Below are positions 39,250-49,400 of a stretch of 64,000 nucleotides of DNA, piece by piece. A program made the position numbers and the translations under genes. Each line of letters begins with the position of its first letter. The stretch's first letter is position 1. Under the pieces are notes generated by a model. It saw nothing but the letters and a program-made list of their open reading frames with translations. It ran no database searches and was not told the origin of the DNA. The stretch is from Nitrosopumilaceae archaeon (GTDB lineage Archaea > Thermoproteota > Nitrososphaeria > Nitrososphaerales > Nitrosopumilaceae): positions 672,001 to 736,000 of the forward strand of contig CBDBCR010000001.1 of the NCBI GenBank assembly GCA_965203465.1, in the 5' to 3' direction.

Positions 39250-40026
39250 GTGCCCTATCCGACCAATTCCGCCGACGTCGCGAGGGGGCAGCGCGTCGAG
39301 ATCGAGTCGGGCGGGGGGCACTTTGTAGGAAAAGTCGAATCCGTGCTCACGCCGCACCAGAATTTCCTGGGCGTCAAGGTGCGGCTCGACAACGGCCTGG
39401 TGGGGCGGGTCCGGTCTTTCCCGCAGGCCCGAGACGCCCGCCTGGCGGAAAAGTTTCAAGACGACCGGCGGCGCCCCGAAGACCAAAAGCTGGAGTTCAA
39501 GTCTTCGTTCCTGTTCGATCTAAAGACGTACGAGCGAACGGGGGAGGCAAAGCCGCGCGCGGTGAACGCGCACAGCGTCGCAAAGACCGTCGCGGCCTTT
39601 GCCAATTCGGACGGCGGCACGCTGTACGTGGGAGTCGGCGACGACGGGCAGGTCCTGGGCCTGGAGCGCGACTACCAGATAATAAAGGCGCGCAGGGGCA
39701 AGACGGACATGAAATTCGACAACGGCGAGACCCTCACGCTGGACAGCAACGGCGAGTTCCAAACGACCCTGTACCGCGTCATGCTGCAGCTGTTCCTAGA
39801 CAGATACCACTACTCCGAGGCCGTCAAATTGGAAGTCTTTTCCGCAAGCGGCAGGGACGTGTGCGCCATCACGGTCAGGCCCAGCAAAAGGCCCCTGATA
39901 CTGCGCAGCGGCAAGAAGGGGGGGCCCGAGTTCTACGTCCGGCACACCGACCAGTCCGAACGGTACGACGACATCGCCAGATTCTGCGATTATTGGTGCG
40001 GCCACCTCTGCGGGCTGGCGCCCTAG
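39250..40026 (+). CDS. YwbE/DUF2196-like domain fused to Schlafen/AlbA_2 domain
   Basis: GKVESVLT...GVKVRLDNGLVGRV (YwbE-like), then LEFKSS...VAAFANSDGGTLYVGVGDDG; GTG 39250 lies below TTTTTAA at 39221. Confidence 0.8.
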   Translation: MPYPTNSADVARGQRVEIESGGGHFVGKVESVLTPHQNFLGVKVRLDNGLVGRVRSFPQARDARLAEKFQDDRRRPEDQKLEFKSSFLFDLKTYERTGEAKPRAVNAHSVAKTVAAFANSDGGTLYVGVGDDGQVLGLERDYQIIKARRGKTDMKFDNGETLTLDSNGEFQTTLYRVMLQLFLDRYHYSEAVKLEVFSASGRDVCAITVRPSKRPLILRSGKKGGPEFYVRHTDQSERYDDIARFCDYWCGHLCGLAP

Positions 40027-41726
40027 ATCCGGTCGTGCAGCAGCCCGACGATCCTCTCCGTCCTCTCCCCGCCGATGGGCGGCGCCGCCGACTCTGACAG
40101 GTGTTCCGCCGAATCCAGCGCGTAGCCGGCCGCGCCCGATCGCGCGTCCCTGTGCCTTTCGTAATGCGCGCCGAGCAGCCAGTCCAGGTACGGGTGCTCG
40201 CCTCTTGCGGCCTCCAGCGCCCCTCCGGGGCCGATCTTTTCCCTGCAGGTCTTGTTCTTCGCGAGCCTTTTCAGATCGGATCGTACCGGCACCCTGTTCG
40301 CGATGTGGTCCGTCCGCTCGCCCGCCGCGCTCCCTCCGGCCTTCGGCACCAGGTGGTCCAGCGCCCACCCCCCGCCCGGGCCGTAGCGCACCGGCTTGAA
40401 GTCGCCGCCGGCTCCCAGCTCTGGGAGCAGGCACGCGTTGAACATCCTCTTTGTCTTGCCGGCGCTGGATTTTCTGAGGCTGTCTTTGATCCACGCCCTG
40501 CCCACTTTTTCGTCCAGCCGCTCGTCGGTCGGGTTGATCCTGTCCGCGACTGCCTTCATGTCCCGGAGCATCTCCGGGTTCCTTCTGACTATGAGATCGC
40601 CGGCGGCCGCGTCCGCGCGGTTCATGCTGCTGTTGGCTATCCTGCGGTAGAACGCCCGGAGCAGCGCGCGCAAGTCGCCGTCCGTGCTCGCGCTCCCCCC
40701 CAGAAAGTCCGGCAGCTCCCCGCGCTCGCGGTACCTGCGGTAGTAAAACCACACTATTATGGCGAACGGGATGTCCCCGCACTGAAAGTTCTCGTACAGG
40801 TACGGCCACCGCCTGCCCCCGTCCGGCCTGTCCTCGTTGGACGCCTCGTACGCGCCGTCCACGAAGTCGAGGAGATCCGCGACGTCGCCCTTGCCCAGCT
40901 CGTCCCACTTTTCAAACACGGCGGCCCGCTCGCGCATCAGCGCGTCGTACAGGTGCCCCCCGAGGACCTTGGCGGCCCTTATTTTCTGCGACTGGAACAC
41001 CTCGGTGAACCGGTTCTCCGCCTCGCCCACGTCGGCCGGACTCCACCCCGTGGTCTCTGCCTGCTGTATGATCTCGGAGCGCAGCAGATCCACCTCGGTC
41101 AGGTCCATCCCGGTGGAGTTCATGTTGATAAAAGTCTGCGTGTATTCCAGGGGGTTCTTGAACCCGTGGTACGTGTCTATGGCGATCTGCTTTTTCAGGA
41201 ACGTCCGGATCAGCCTGTCGGCCATCGCCTCGGGATCTTCGATCCCCTTGTCGATGATCGACTTTACCGTCTCGCACAGCTGCTTGTAGCTTTCCCGTAT
41301 GCCGCTCCTCGCGCTGTTCCTCAACTCGCCGTCGTTGTGCCTAAAGATCGCCTGCTTGCTCTCGGTCTCTGCCGTCAGCCTCTTGAGGAGTTTTTTCGCG
41401 CCGCCGTCTTTTGGCAGTATCTCGGAGTGCAGGTAGTTGAGTATCGCCGTGGACGCGGCGAACCTCTGCAGCCCGTCCAGCAGGATCAGGGAATCTTCGG
41501 CGGGGGACTGCGCCAGTATGACGGTCCCGAAGAGCACGGCCTTTGATTCCAGAAAGCCCTCGATCGTTTTTTCGTCCCACACGATCCTCCTCTGGTACGG
41601 CGGTATCTTGATCGGGTTCGGATCAAAGTCGTCCACCTCGCCGGGCCATTCCCGCTCCGGCTTTAGGGCGTAGTTTGTGGCGTACTCTACGAATTTGGGG
41701 GTCTTGGTGGGCCTCTCTAGGTTCAC
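40023..41726 (-). CDS. DUF262 (GmrS-like) protein with divergent C-terminal HNH-like region
   Basis: IPPYQRRIVW, LLDGLQRF, FINMNSTG.DLT..DLLR, LDHLVP...ANRV; GTG 41726 lies 24 nt below TATAAG. Confidence 0.82.
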   Translation of the reverse strand: MNLERPTKTPKFVEYATNYALKPEREWPGEVDDFDPNPIKIPPYQRRIVWDEKTIEGFLESKAVLFGTVILAQSPAEDSLILLDGLQRFAASTAILNYLHSEILPKDGGAKKLLKRLTAETESKQAIFRHNDGELRNSARSGIRESYKQLCETVKSIIDKGIEDPEAMADRLIRTFLKKQIAIDTYHGFKNPLEYTQTFINMNSTGMDLTEVDLLRSEIIQQAETTGWSPADVGEAENRFTEVFQSQKIRAAKVLGGHLYDALMRERAAVFEKWDELGKGDVADLLDFVDGAYEASNEDRPDGGRRWPYLYENFQCGDIPFAIIVWFYYRRYRERGELPDFLGGSASTDGDLRALLRAFYRRIANSSMNRADAAAGDLIVRRNPEMLRDMKAVADRINPTDERLDEKVGRAWIKDSLRKSSAGKTKRMFNACLLPELGAGGDFKPVRYGPGGGWALDHLVPKAGGSAAGERTDHIANRVPVRSDLKRLAKNKTCREKIGPGGALEAARGEHPYLDWLLGAHYERHRDARSGAAGYALDSAEHLSESAAPPIGGERTERIVGLLHDRI

Positions 41727-41808
41727 GGCGCGGCCCCCGGCCGGCCCCACTTATACCTACGACGCGGCGCGCCGGGCCGCTTCCTGATCCTGCCCGGGCG
41801 CTTCGCCG

Positions 41809-41865
41809 ATGTCACGCTAAATGTCACGGTTCGTGCCTGCGAACCGGGCGTTTTCCCTTTCCGGA
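41809..41865 (+). repeat. Dispersed ~60-bp repeat, copy 2
   Basis: ATGTCACGCTAAATGTCACGGTTCGTGCCTGCGAACCGGGCGTTTTCCCTTTCCGGA; abuts the truncated IS66 fragment. Confidence 0.75.
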
Positions 41866-42224
41866 AAGCGGATGAAAAAGGCCAGGCGCGCCCGCGTCCG
41901 GGCGGCGCTGCTGGGCTGCGTGCGGCGCATCATTGACGACAACTGGGGCAGCGCGGTATCGCGGCCGTTCCTCACAAAGCTGGAAGGCGCGGCGGACGAC
42001 CTGTTCGCGTTCGTGCTGGACCCGCGCATACAGCCGACCAACAACGCGGCCTGCGCGAGATAGTCATACACCGCAAGATCCGCGGCAGCCTCAGGGCCGA
42101 GGAGAGCATGGAGATCTACGGCAACATCTTCACGCGCCTCGCCACCTGGAAGAACCAGGGCCTGGACTACGTAGAGGAGCTGCGGCAGTACGCGTAAACG
42201 GGCCTAAACTACGCGAACAGTTAC
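41866..42224 (+). pseudogene. IS66-family transposase C-terminal remnant with right end
   Basis: LFAFVLDPRIQPTNNAA, then after a frameshift VIHRKIRGSLR...LATWKNQGLD; ends GAACAGTTAC, consistent with an IS66 terminus (...TTAC). Confidence 0.8.
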
Positions 42225-42258
42225 AACCGGAGAAATGCCAAGCGGCGTGGACGCTTGC

Positions 42259-42705
42259 TCACCATACGCGCAGAATGGGGCTAGGAATACACGTATTGCC
42301 AACGACGTGGAAAGGCAATATGCGTATCTTCCCAAAAGTTCTGCGCTCCCGCACGATTCGCTGTATCATGTTTTTTGCATTGTGCCTGTACTCAAATGGT
42401 ACTGCCACATGCAGTGAAACGGAGGGATTGCGTATGACATAACGCACGAATATGCGCAGCTGGGCTTTGGTGTGTGGATCAGAGACTGATATGTCCGCCT
42501 CGCCTAGGTGGATCCGCCCGCGTCCGTCTTCGCCTTGCAGATCCGGAGTCTTTCCGTATATGGTGGGCGGTTTTGGAAGATTCTGGTACTGTACGTCGAA
42601 CGGTTCCTGCATGCCGTGCCTGGCAAGATGAGTCACGTCTATTTCTTTTTCTTCCAGTTCGTTTGCAAGCGCGTTGAGCAAAACCTGGTGCTTCTTAGAT
42701 ACCAC
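42259..42705 (-). CDS. Small PD-(D/E)xK-fold nuclease-like protein
   Basis: KHQVLL...TPDLQG...IHLGEAD...HTKAQL pattern; lower GC. Confidence 0.6.
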   Translation of the reverse strand: MVSKKHQVLLNALANELEEKEIDVTHLARHGMQEPFDVQYQNLPKPPTIYGKTPDLQGEDGRGRIHLGEADISVSDPHTKAQLRIFVRYVIRNPSVSLHVAVPFEYRHNAKNMIQRIVRERRTFGKIRILPFHVVGNTCIPSPILRVW

Positions 42706-43096
42706 GCCGTATTATCCAGCCCGGTGCGTAAATACGTTTGCTTTTTCAGCCTTCCCGGACGACGTGCCGCGTGAGAGGCGGCCGCGCCTGAAGACGCATC
42801 GCAAGACTGCGTAGCAGAAAGCCACAGTGATCGCGGAATTGGGCCAGAACTCCGTATCCCGCGCACCCTAGATTCAAACGGGCCGCGATCCGCGTGTCCG
42901 GTTGGTAGAGGATGGGCCGCCTCGTAGGCACCCGGATACCGGAAACGACGGACGGCTAGGCACGGATCGTAACACCTGCCACGGTTGATCGCGACGTGCT
43001 GTTTTCCCGCCGCCCAGCGGCCTTTGCCCAGCTTGGGCAGGTGCCCGAACCGGGCCCGTCCGGCCTGGCCTAATCAAACGGCCCGGGCGCGGAACG

Positions 43097-43201
43097 CGTA
43101 CAATGGGGCCGCAACTCAGGTTGAGGAAAACGCCCGTAGTGCACCTGCGCCCAACGCCCCGTACTAGCTTCAATGGGGCCGCGACGCGGGTTGCGGAATT
43201 T
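43097..43201 (-). CRISPR. Orphan degenerate CRISPR mini-array (2 repeats, 1 spacer), type I-G(I-U)-like repeat
   Basis: 35-bp repeats at 43097-43131 and 43167-43201 (consensus GCTTCAATGGGGCCGCAACnCnGGTTGCGGAA, stem CCGCAAC-n4-GTTGCGG; minus strand ends ATTGAAGC); 35-bp spacer at 43132-43166. Confidence 0.75.
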
Positions 43202-43814
43202 TGCGGGGGCTGGCGGCATGCCTGTGTATTGTGCTACGTGCCCCCAAAACCTCCCCCAAGTTTCCGTTCAGAGGCCTGTCGCTGGCTTTGATCGCGCCGA
43301 ACGCGCTTTTGCCCGCCGGCGGCGTCCCGCGGCTGGCAGCATCCGACGCCCGGCGCGGATTCTCCGAGATCGCACCCTGCACAAAGCGGGCGGATTTGGT
43401 CACAAGAAAGGCATGCCGGCGCGGTTCCGGAAGGACGCCGCGGCCTGGACGGGCGGCGGGCGCTGGCCGAGGCCCTATTCGATCGGGCGCGCTACGGGAA
43501 GCACAGATGGTCGAGGGCATATTCGGAGCAGAGACGCGCACCCGCCGGCCGCTCTGCCGGTACAGGAAGAGACGCAGGAGAGGTTCGGCATGCCGCTCGT
43601 GATAACGTGGAACGTGCGCGCCGAACCGGACCCGGCGCTACTCGGAACGGGTCGTCATGCCGGCCGCGGCGTAGGGCCTGGACGTGCCGGAAGCCGCCCT
43701 AGAATCATGCCTCGTAACTTGCCCCCAAACACCGGAATCCGTCATTCTGTGGAATTATGCGGCAACCCCGCCAAACACGCATGCTTTATTTAGAGAGGAG
43801 CTTGCCTGCACCCT

Positions 43815-44957
43815 GTGGGAAGGGAAGAACGGCAGAAGATCATCAAGAAAATCCAAGACCTGCGCCGATCCAAGGTTTTGGTGTATTTCGTGGGCGACAG
43901 GCCACTTTTGGGAGCGCAGATCTCCACCGATTCCATAAGATGGATGTACGATCACCTAAAGAGCATGAACGACAACAAAAAGGTGGAAACCATAGATTTT
44001 TACCTCTATTCGTTGGGAGGCGCACTGAACACCCCGTGGCCCGTCGTCAACATGCTGAGGGAATATTGCGACACGCTGAACGTGCTGGTGCCGTACAAGG
44101 CGTACAGCGCCGCCACGCTGACAGCGCTCGGAGCGGACAAGATAAGCATGGGCGGGAAGGGCGAGTTGGGCCCGATAGATCCGCAGATGACGCGGACTAG
44201 TCCCGGCCCCCTGCCAACAAACGAGACAATCAGCACGGAAGACGTGTCGTCATACGTGTCGTTCGTCAAGAACAGGGTGGGCGTCACTGATCAGAGCGCT
44301 CTGGCGGATCTGACCAAGGCGTTGGTGGACAAGACGGGCGCTTTGGGGCTGGGCGAGATAAACCGGGTGCATTCGCACGTGCGGGACGTGGCAAAAAAGC
44401 TGCTGTCGCAGGTCAAGCCCGCGCTGGACACGGCCGAAATCACAAAGATCATAGAGTCCCTCACCGAGAGAACGCACATGCACGGCCACTCGATTGGCAG
44501 GCAAGAGGCGCGGCAGATGGGCCTGCGCATAGACGACATGGATCGCGAACTGGAGCGGTTGTGCTGGAGCCTGTACCTGGAATACGAACAGCACCTCAAA
44601 CTCCATTCGTATACCGATCCCACCGACTTTCTTGACAGCGGCAAGGACGAGTATGTCGAAGACGGCGCGGTTATCGCATGCATAGAGTCGGAGAACCTTC
44701 ATCACGAATATTCCGGGACGCTGGTTTGCAGAAGAATAAGGCAGCCAGGCCCGCAACTAAACTTGACCGTCAGCATCCCGATCCAGCTGCCGGACGGCGA
44801 CCAGGATTCGGCGCAAAGCGGCAAGGCCGCGCTGGAGCAGATCCAGCAAGACGCGATCGACAAGATCGCCCGGCAGATAGCCCGGCAGGTCGAAGCTCAG
44901 ATGCCAACGATCGGGATAGAGCAGAGCCTGACCAAAAGGATGTGGCGGAAGATATAA
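43815..44957 (+). CDS. SDH-family ClpP/crotonase-fold serine protease
   Basis: LYSLGG...VLVPYKAYSAATLTALGADKISMG..GELGPIDPQ, HMHGHSIGR; TTTATTTA box at ~43785. Confidence 0.9.
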   Translation: MGREERQKIIKKIQDLRRSKVLVYFVGDRPLLGAQISTDSIRWMYDHLKSMNDNKKVETIDFYLYSLGGALNTPWPVVNMLREYCDTLNVLVPYKAYSAATLTALGADKISMGGKGELGPIDPQMTRTSPGPLPTNETISTEDVSSYVSFVKNRVGVTDQSALADLTKALVDKTGALGLGEINRVHSHVRDVAKKLLSQVKPALDTAEITKIIESLTERTHMHGHSIGRQEARQMGLRIDDMDRELERLCWSLYLEYEQHLKLHSYTDPTDFLDSGKDEYVEDGAVIACIESENLHHEYSGTLVCRRIRQPGPQLNLTVSIPIQLPDGDQDSAQSGKAALEQIQQDAIDKIARQIARQVEAQMPTIGIEQSLTKRMWRKI

Positions 44958-45577
44958 CCCGGTGCGTGCCGATGCGGCCAATCGCCAGGTTCTGCCACAC
45001 GTCTTGGCCGACGATGGGGGTTCCCGCCAGACGGCACGAAACCTTGCGCGGCCGGCAAGTCAGAGACGGACCCGCGCGCGGCTGCCCCCGATCTGCGCTG
45101 CCAGCCCTCGGCCGTCGGAATTCCGGCCGCCGTGCACGGGCAGAGCGCGGAACTGACCCGAGTTCGTGCGCGATCTTTGACGTCCTTTTATGCCGAGCCG
45201 TCCTCGGGCCTCCACCGCAGCGTCCGGCCGACCCGAATTGCCAAGTACGGTACGCCCCGGCCGCCGCTGCGCGCGGGGCCGGCGCCGTGCCTATCCGGGC
45301 GGGTTCCCGAGCAGAACTCGGAAATACATTTTTATGCCCTACCGCAGGCCGCGCACCTATGCGTAGCGCCACGTCGCGGCACGGCAACGTTACGGTGACG
45401 GTGACCACCTACGTGCACGAGCCCGGATCGTGCCGCATCTCGATTCCTCCCGCAGCACCGGTCAGGCGGCCAGAATCCAAACCGTTCCTGCACTTTCAAA
45501 AAGGCACGTGCCTGTCCCGGAATTTCTTTCGGTGATCCGGTAGCTGCGCGGCCGGCCGCAGGTCCGGCACGCCCAAG

Positions 45578-46273
45578 TTGAGCGGGCTCCGCCGGGCCCG
45601 CCGCCCCAGCACGGCGCCCGGTCCACGGATCCGCTGTTCGGCGCTGCGCGCGCCGTTCACCATATTCCCGCCCAAGCCCAGCGCCGCGTACTATGCGCTC
45701 TCGGCCAACGACTCGGGCGTGCAGCGGTCCATGCTGGTGGAGCCGGACGGGATGGCCGTGCCCAAGGCCGGCGCCGGCAGAAAGCGCGTCAGGGAAAAGG
45801 CCGCCACGCACGTCCACCTCAACATCATCGCCGACTACCGCAGCCAAAAGCTGCTGGTGCTCTACACGGATAGGAAGACGCTGCGCGGCGGCGCGCTCCC
45901 CAGCTTCACGGAGCACGGAAAGGCGCTGGCCGTCTGGGGCAACTCTTCGCTGGGCGTGCTCTGCTTTTGGGCCAACAGCGGCAAGCAAAAGTTCGGCAGG
46001 GGCATATCGTCAAAGACGGCCATGGCCAAGATGCCCGTGCTGGACTTTGAAAGGCTGGGCCCTGCCAAGCTCGGAAAGTTTGACAGGATATTCGACAAGT
46101 ACTCTGCCGAAGAACTCAGGCCCATAAAGCACCCGTACGACGATCCGGCCCGGATCGCCGTGGACGAGGCCGTGTGCGGGGCGCTCGGCATAAATGGCTC
46201 GCTTGACGACATCCGCAGGCGGCTGTGCCGCGAGCCGTCGATCAGCGGCGGCGCGCCGCCTCCGGGCCTGTAG
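45578..46273 (+). pseudogene. C-terminal fragment of a Type IIG-like restriction-modification enzyme
   Basis: ALAVWGNSSLG...KMPVLD...DPARIAVDEAV...IRRRLCREPSI resembles target-recognition/C-terminal regions of fused RM enzymes; no catalytic motifs and no convincing start. Confidence 0.6.
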
Positions 46274-46482
46274 CCGGGGCCGCTCCGCGCGGGCAGGACA
46301 GGATACGCCGCGCCCGCCTTTTGGACCCTGCCGCTGTTTGGACGCATTTGCGATCGTAAATCGGCCAAACCGGGCAAACGGTGGCGTCTAAAAGACTGGC
46401 GAACCCGATCCCGTTCTTGGCGCAACCTTGACCGGCCGGCGCGAGCCGCCGCCTATTCTTTCACACGCGTTTGCCGCCACGG

Positions 46483-49400
46483 CTAGTCGCGCTTTTCCAT
46501 CGCGGACAAAAGCCCCAGGGCGTCGGGCCAGCCGGCCATGGCGTACGTGTCCAGCACGTCCAGGCACCTCTGCGCTTGCCTTTCGGGCAGCGGCTGGTGC
46601 AGCAGGCCCGAGAGCACCTTTAGCGTCTCTTCTGCCAGGACTGGCTGTACTGGAGCGTACCCCTCCATGCCGGCTATTTTTTCCAGGTACTCTAGGGACT
46701 TGCCGGGCATACGTTCCCATTTTTTCGCCAAAAACTTGGCCAGCTCCTCCAAAAGCCGTGGATCACACGGACTGCGCTCCGTCTCCGAGGCGATGCGGTC
46801 CAAGTGCCGCTCGATTTTCGGCAGCAGCCCGCCGTCCGCGCTGTCTTCTGCCCAGCCCAGAAGGAAAAAGCACGCCTTTTCGCGGACTTGGTGGTCCGGA
46901 TCGTCCAGCAGGCGGTAGAATATGTCCAGAGCCTCGTCCCGGAACTCGTCTACGTAGCGTTTCAGGTAGAACGGCAGGTGCATGCAGATCTCGCTCTCCG
47001 CACCGTCGATTGCAGCGTCCAGCAGGCTCGCGGCGCGCGGCTCGCTTTTGGCCAGCGCCAGATAAAGCATGTAGGCGCCGACGTGCTCTGACTTGTTGCC
47101 CGCCCCCACCATGTTTTCCAGCATGCGCAGCGCGTGGGAGGCGTCCTTTCCGGCCGCGATTCGGAGCATGTCCTGCACGAAAAACTGCACGCGCCGGTCT
47201 CTGTCCCGGCTGTATTCCAGTCCGATCTCGTAGGCCAGGCCGTAGTCGTAGTTGGCAAGACGCGGGAGGCTCTTGCACACGTCGGCGCGCACCATGCTCG
47301 ACGGATCTTTTGACAGCTCCCGCACCAGCGGCACCAGCGAGGCGTCCTTGTACATGTCCGTCATAATGATGGCGCACTCGGCTACCAGTCCGCGGACGGT
47401 GAAAGAATACGCCAGAGAGCCGTCCTGTTCGTCTTCGGATTCTGCGGGGTCTGGATCGCCCTTGCAGTCTGACAGCAGCCTGCGCATGCCCGAAACCTCC
47501 ACTTCGTCCAGCTCGACTCCACCCTCTAGGCATTTCAGCAGTGCCATCAGAACATCCCTTCTGTCCAAGCCTTTGTCTCCGCCGCAATGCCGCTCCAGGA
47601 TCTTTCTGGGATCCGGCTCTGCGTCCTTGCGTACTTGGACCTTTGGCCCGGAAGACGGCACGCCTAGCTTGGGCGAATGCCTGTCCAGCACGTCGCGGTG
47701 GACCGGCCCGAGCAGATCCTGCGGGAACGCAGACAGGAACGCCGCCTTGCGCATGAGGGCCGCCGCGCCGCTGCCGCTTTTGCCGGGCTGGCGCGCGTCC
47801 ATGATCGTGTCCAGCAGGCTGGCGGCCTGTTCCTTTTCCAGCATGGCCGCGACGCCGCCGATCGCCGCGAGGACGCTGCCGCCCATGCCGCCCACCAGGT
47901 AGGCCTGCGGGTCGGACAGCTCGGCAAAGATCTCTTGCAGGAACCTTTCCTTCCTGGCCACCATGGCGTCCAAAAGCAGGGCGCGGAAAGTGGCCAGCCT
48001 CGTCTTGCGGATGATCGGGGCCAGCCTGCGCAGCTCTTCTTCGGCGCACCCGCCAACGTATTCCTTGACATCCTTTATGATTTTGTGCCTTGGATCCGCA
48101 ATGTCTGCATAGTACGTGCCGCTGTCTTCTATTATGTCTCCCTCTTGTCTCTTCCGCAGGGGGTGGAGGATCCTCTCGAACAGCTGTATGGCCGCGCGCA
48201 CCATCAGTTCGGGATTCTTTTTCAGCAACCCCGGGAACATCTCGCCCAGCTGCCAGACGACCATCATGTTGTCCTGCCGCAAGTTGCTCGTAAGGTTGAA
48301 CGTGCCGTACGACGCGGCGGTGGTTTTTTCCTTTGACTTTTCCTCGTACGTGAACAGGTCGCAGAATATGTCCGGGACTGCCCGGGGGCACGCATCCATC
48401 AGTTTCGGAAGAGATTCTGCCAGCCCAGCCCGCGCGTGCACGTGCTCGTTGGTGGCCATCTTGGACATCCATCCTTCATGCCCGTCCGTCTCGAGTTCGG
48501 CGGCCAGTTTTACGGCATTTCGCTGATCAAAGACATTGCCTGCGCGCTCTACGATCTTCCGAACTGCGCGGAATATGTCCGCGTGCCTTGCCTCGTGCTT
48601 GATCGAGCGCAGGTAGCTCGTTATCAAGTCCGGCTTCAACGCAGGATCTGAAATCCACTTTTCAAAGTACGCGTCTTTCCACAACTCGAACCAAATGGGA
48701 TTGGCTCGCTTGGCCAACTCTATGAAAAAGTGTCCCCGTAGGACTTTCTCTCTTGTGAGCAGATCGGCTATCGCGGAAAAGTCCTGTCCGCCCAGTTCGG
48801 TTATCTGCGACATGGCGGTAAGCGCGGAGATCTTCCAAAAGTACTTTAGGTCGGATTTCAGTATCCGCTCGACCGTGCAGGCAAACAGCGCGGGCTTGTC
48901 CCTGTGCAGCCAAGACAGTGCGAAAACGACCGTCGGGCGCAGAAACGTATTGTATCCGTCGTTCGAGATGAATTCTACCAAATCTTGGCGCTCGATGATG
49001 AACTTCGATATCACGTAGTCTAGATACGCGTGGTGGAAGAACCCGAGCGAATCTTTGTTTCTGACCAGCACGCCTTCCCCGCAGACCCCGTCCATCAGGC
49101 CTTGATCCCCAAAGTCGTCGTACGGGATGGCCGTCTGCTGCCGCTTGGCCATTTCCAGCGATACGCCATACAGCAGCTCTTTGGCCCTTGCGGGCGACTC
49201 CGTCTTTTCCACGTATTCGTGCCAGTGCTTGTAGTACAGATCGGTTTCGTGCCGCATGTCGCCAAAGTCGGCGTCCGGTGATTTTTCGAGTATGAGCGAC
49301 AGGAGTTTCAGGCGGAACGGGTTGTAGAACATGCCTTTCAGCCTGTCGGGGACGCCGGGGTTGCCCAGATGCTCGAGCATCTGCTCGAGTTCGGAATCGG

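Noticed and set aside
45359-45535. 58-codon ORF behind a TTTTTAT box
   Set aside because: Promoter spacing is plausible, but there is no recognisable motif; insufficient support.
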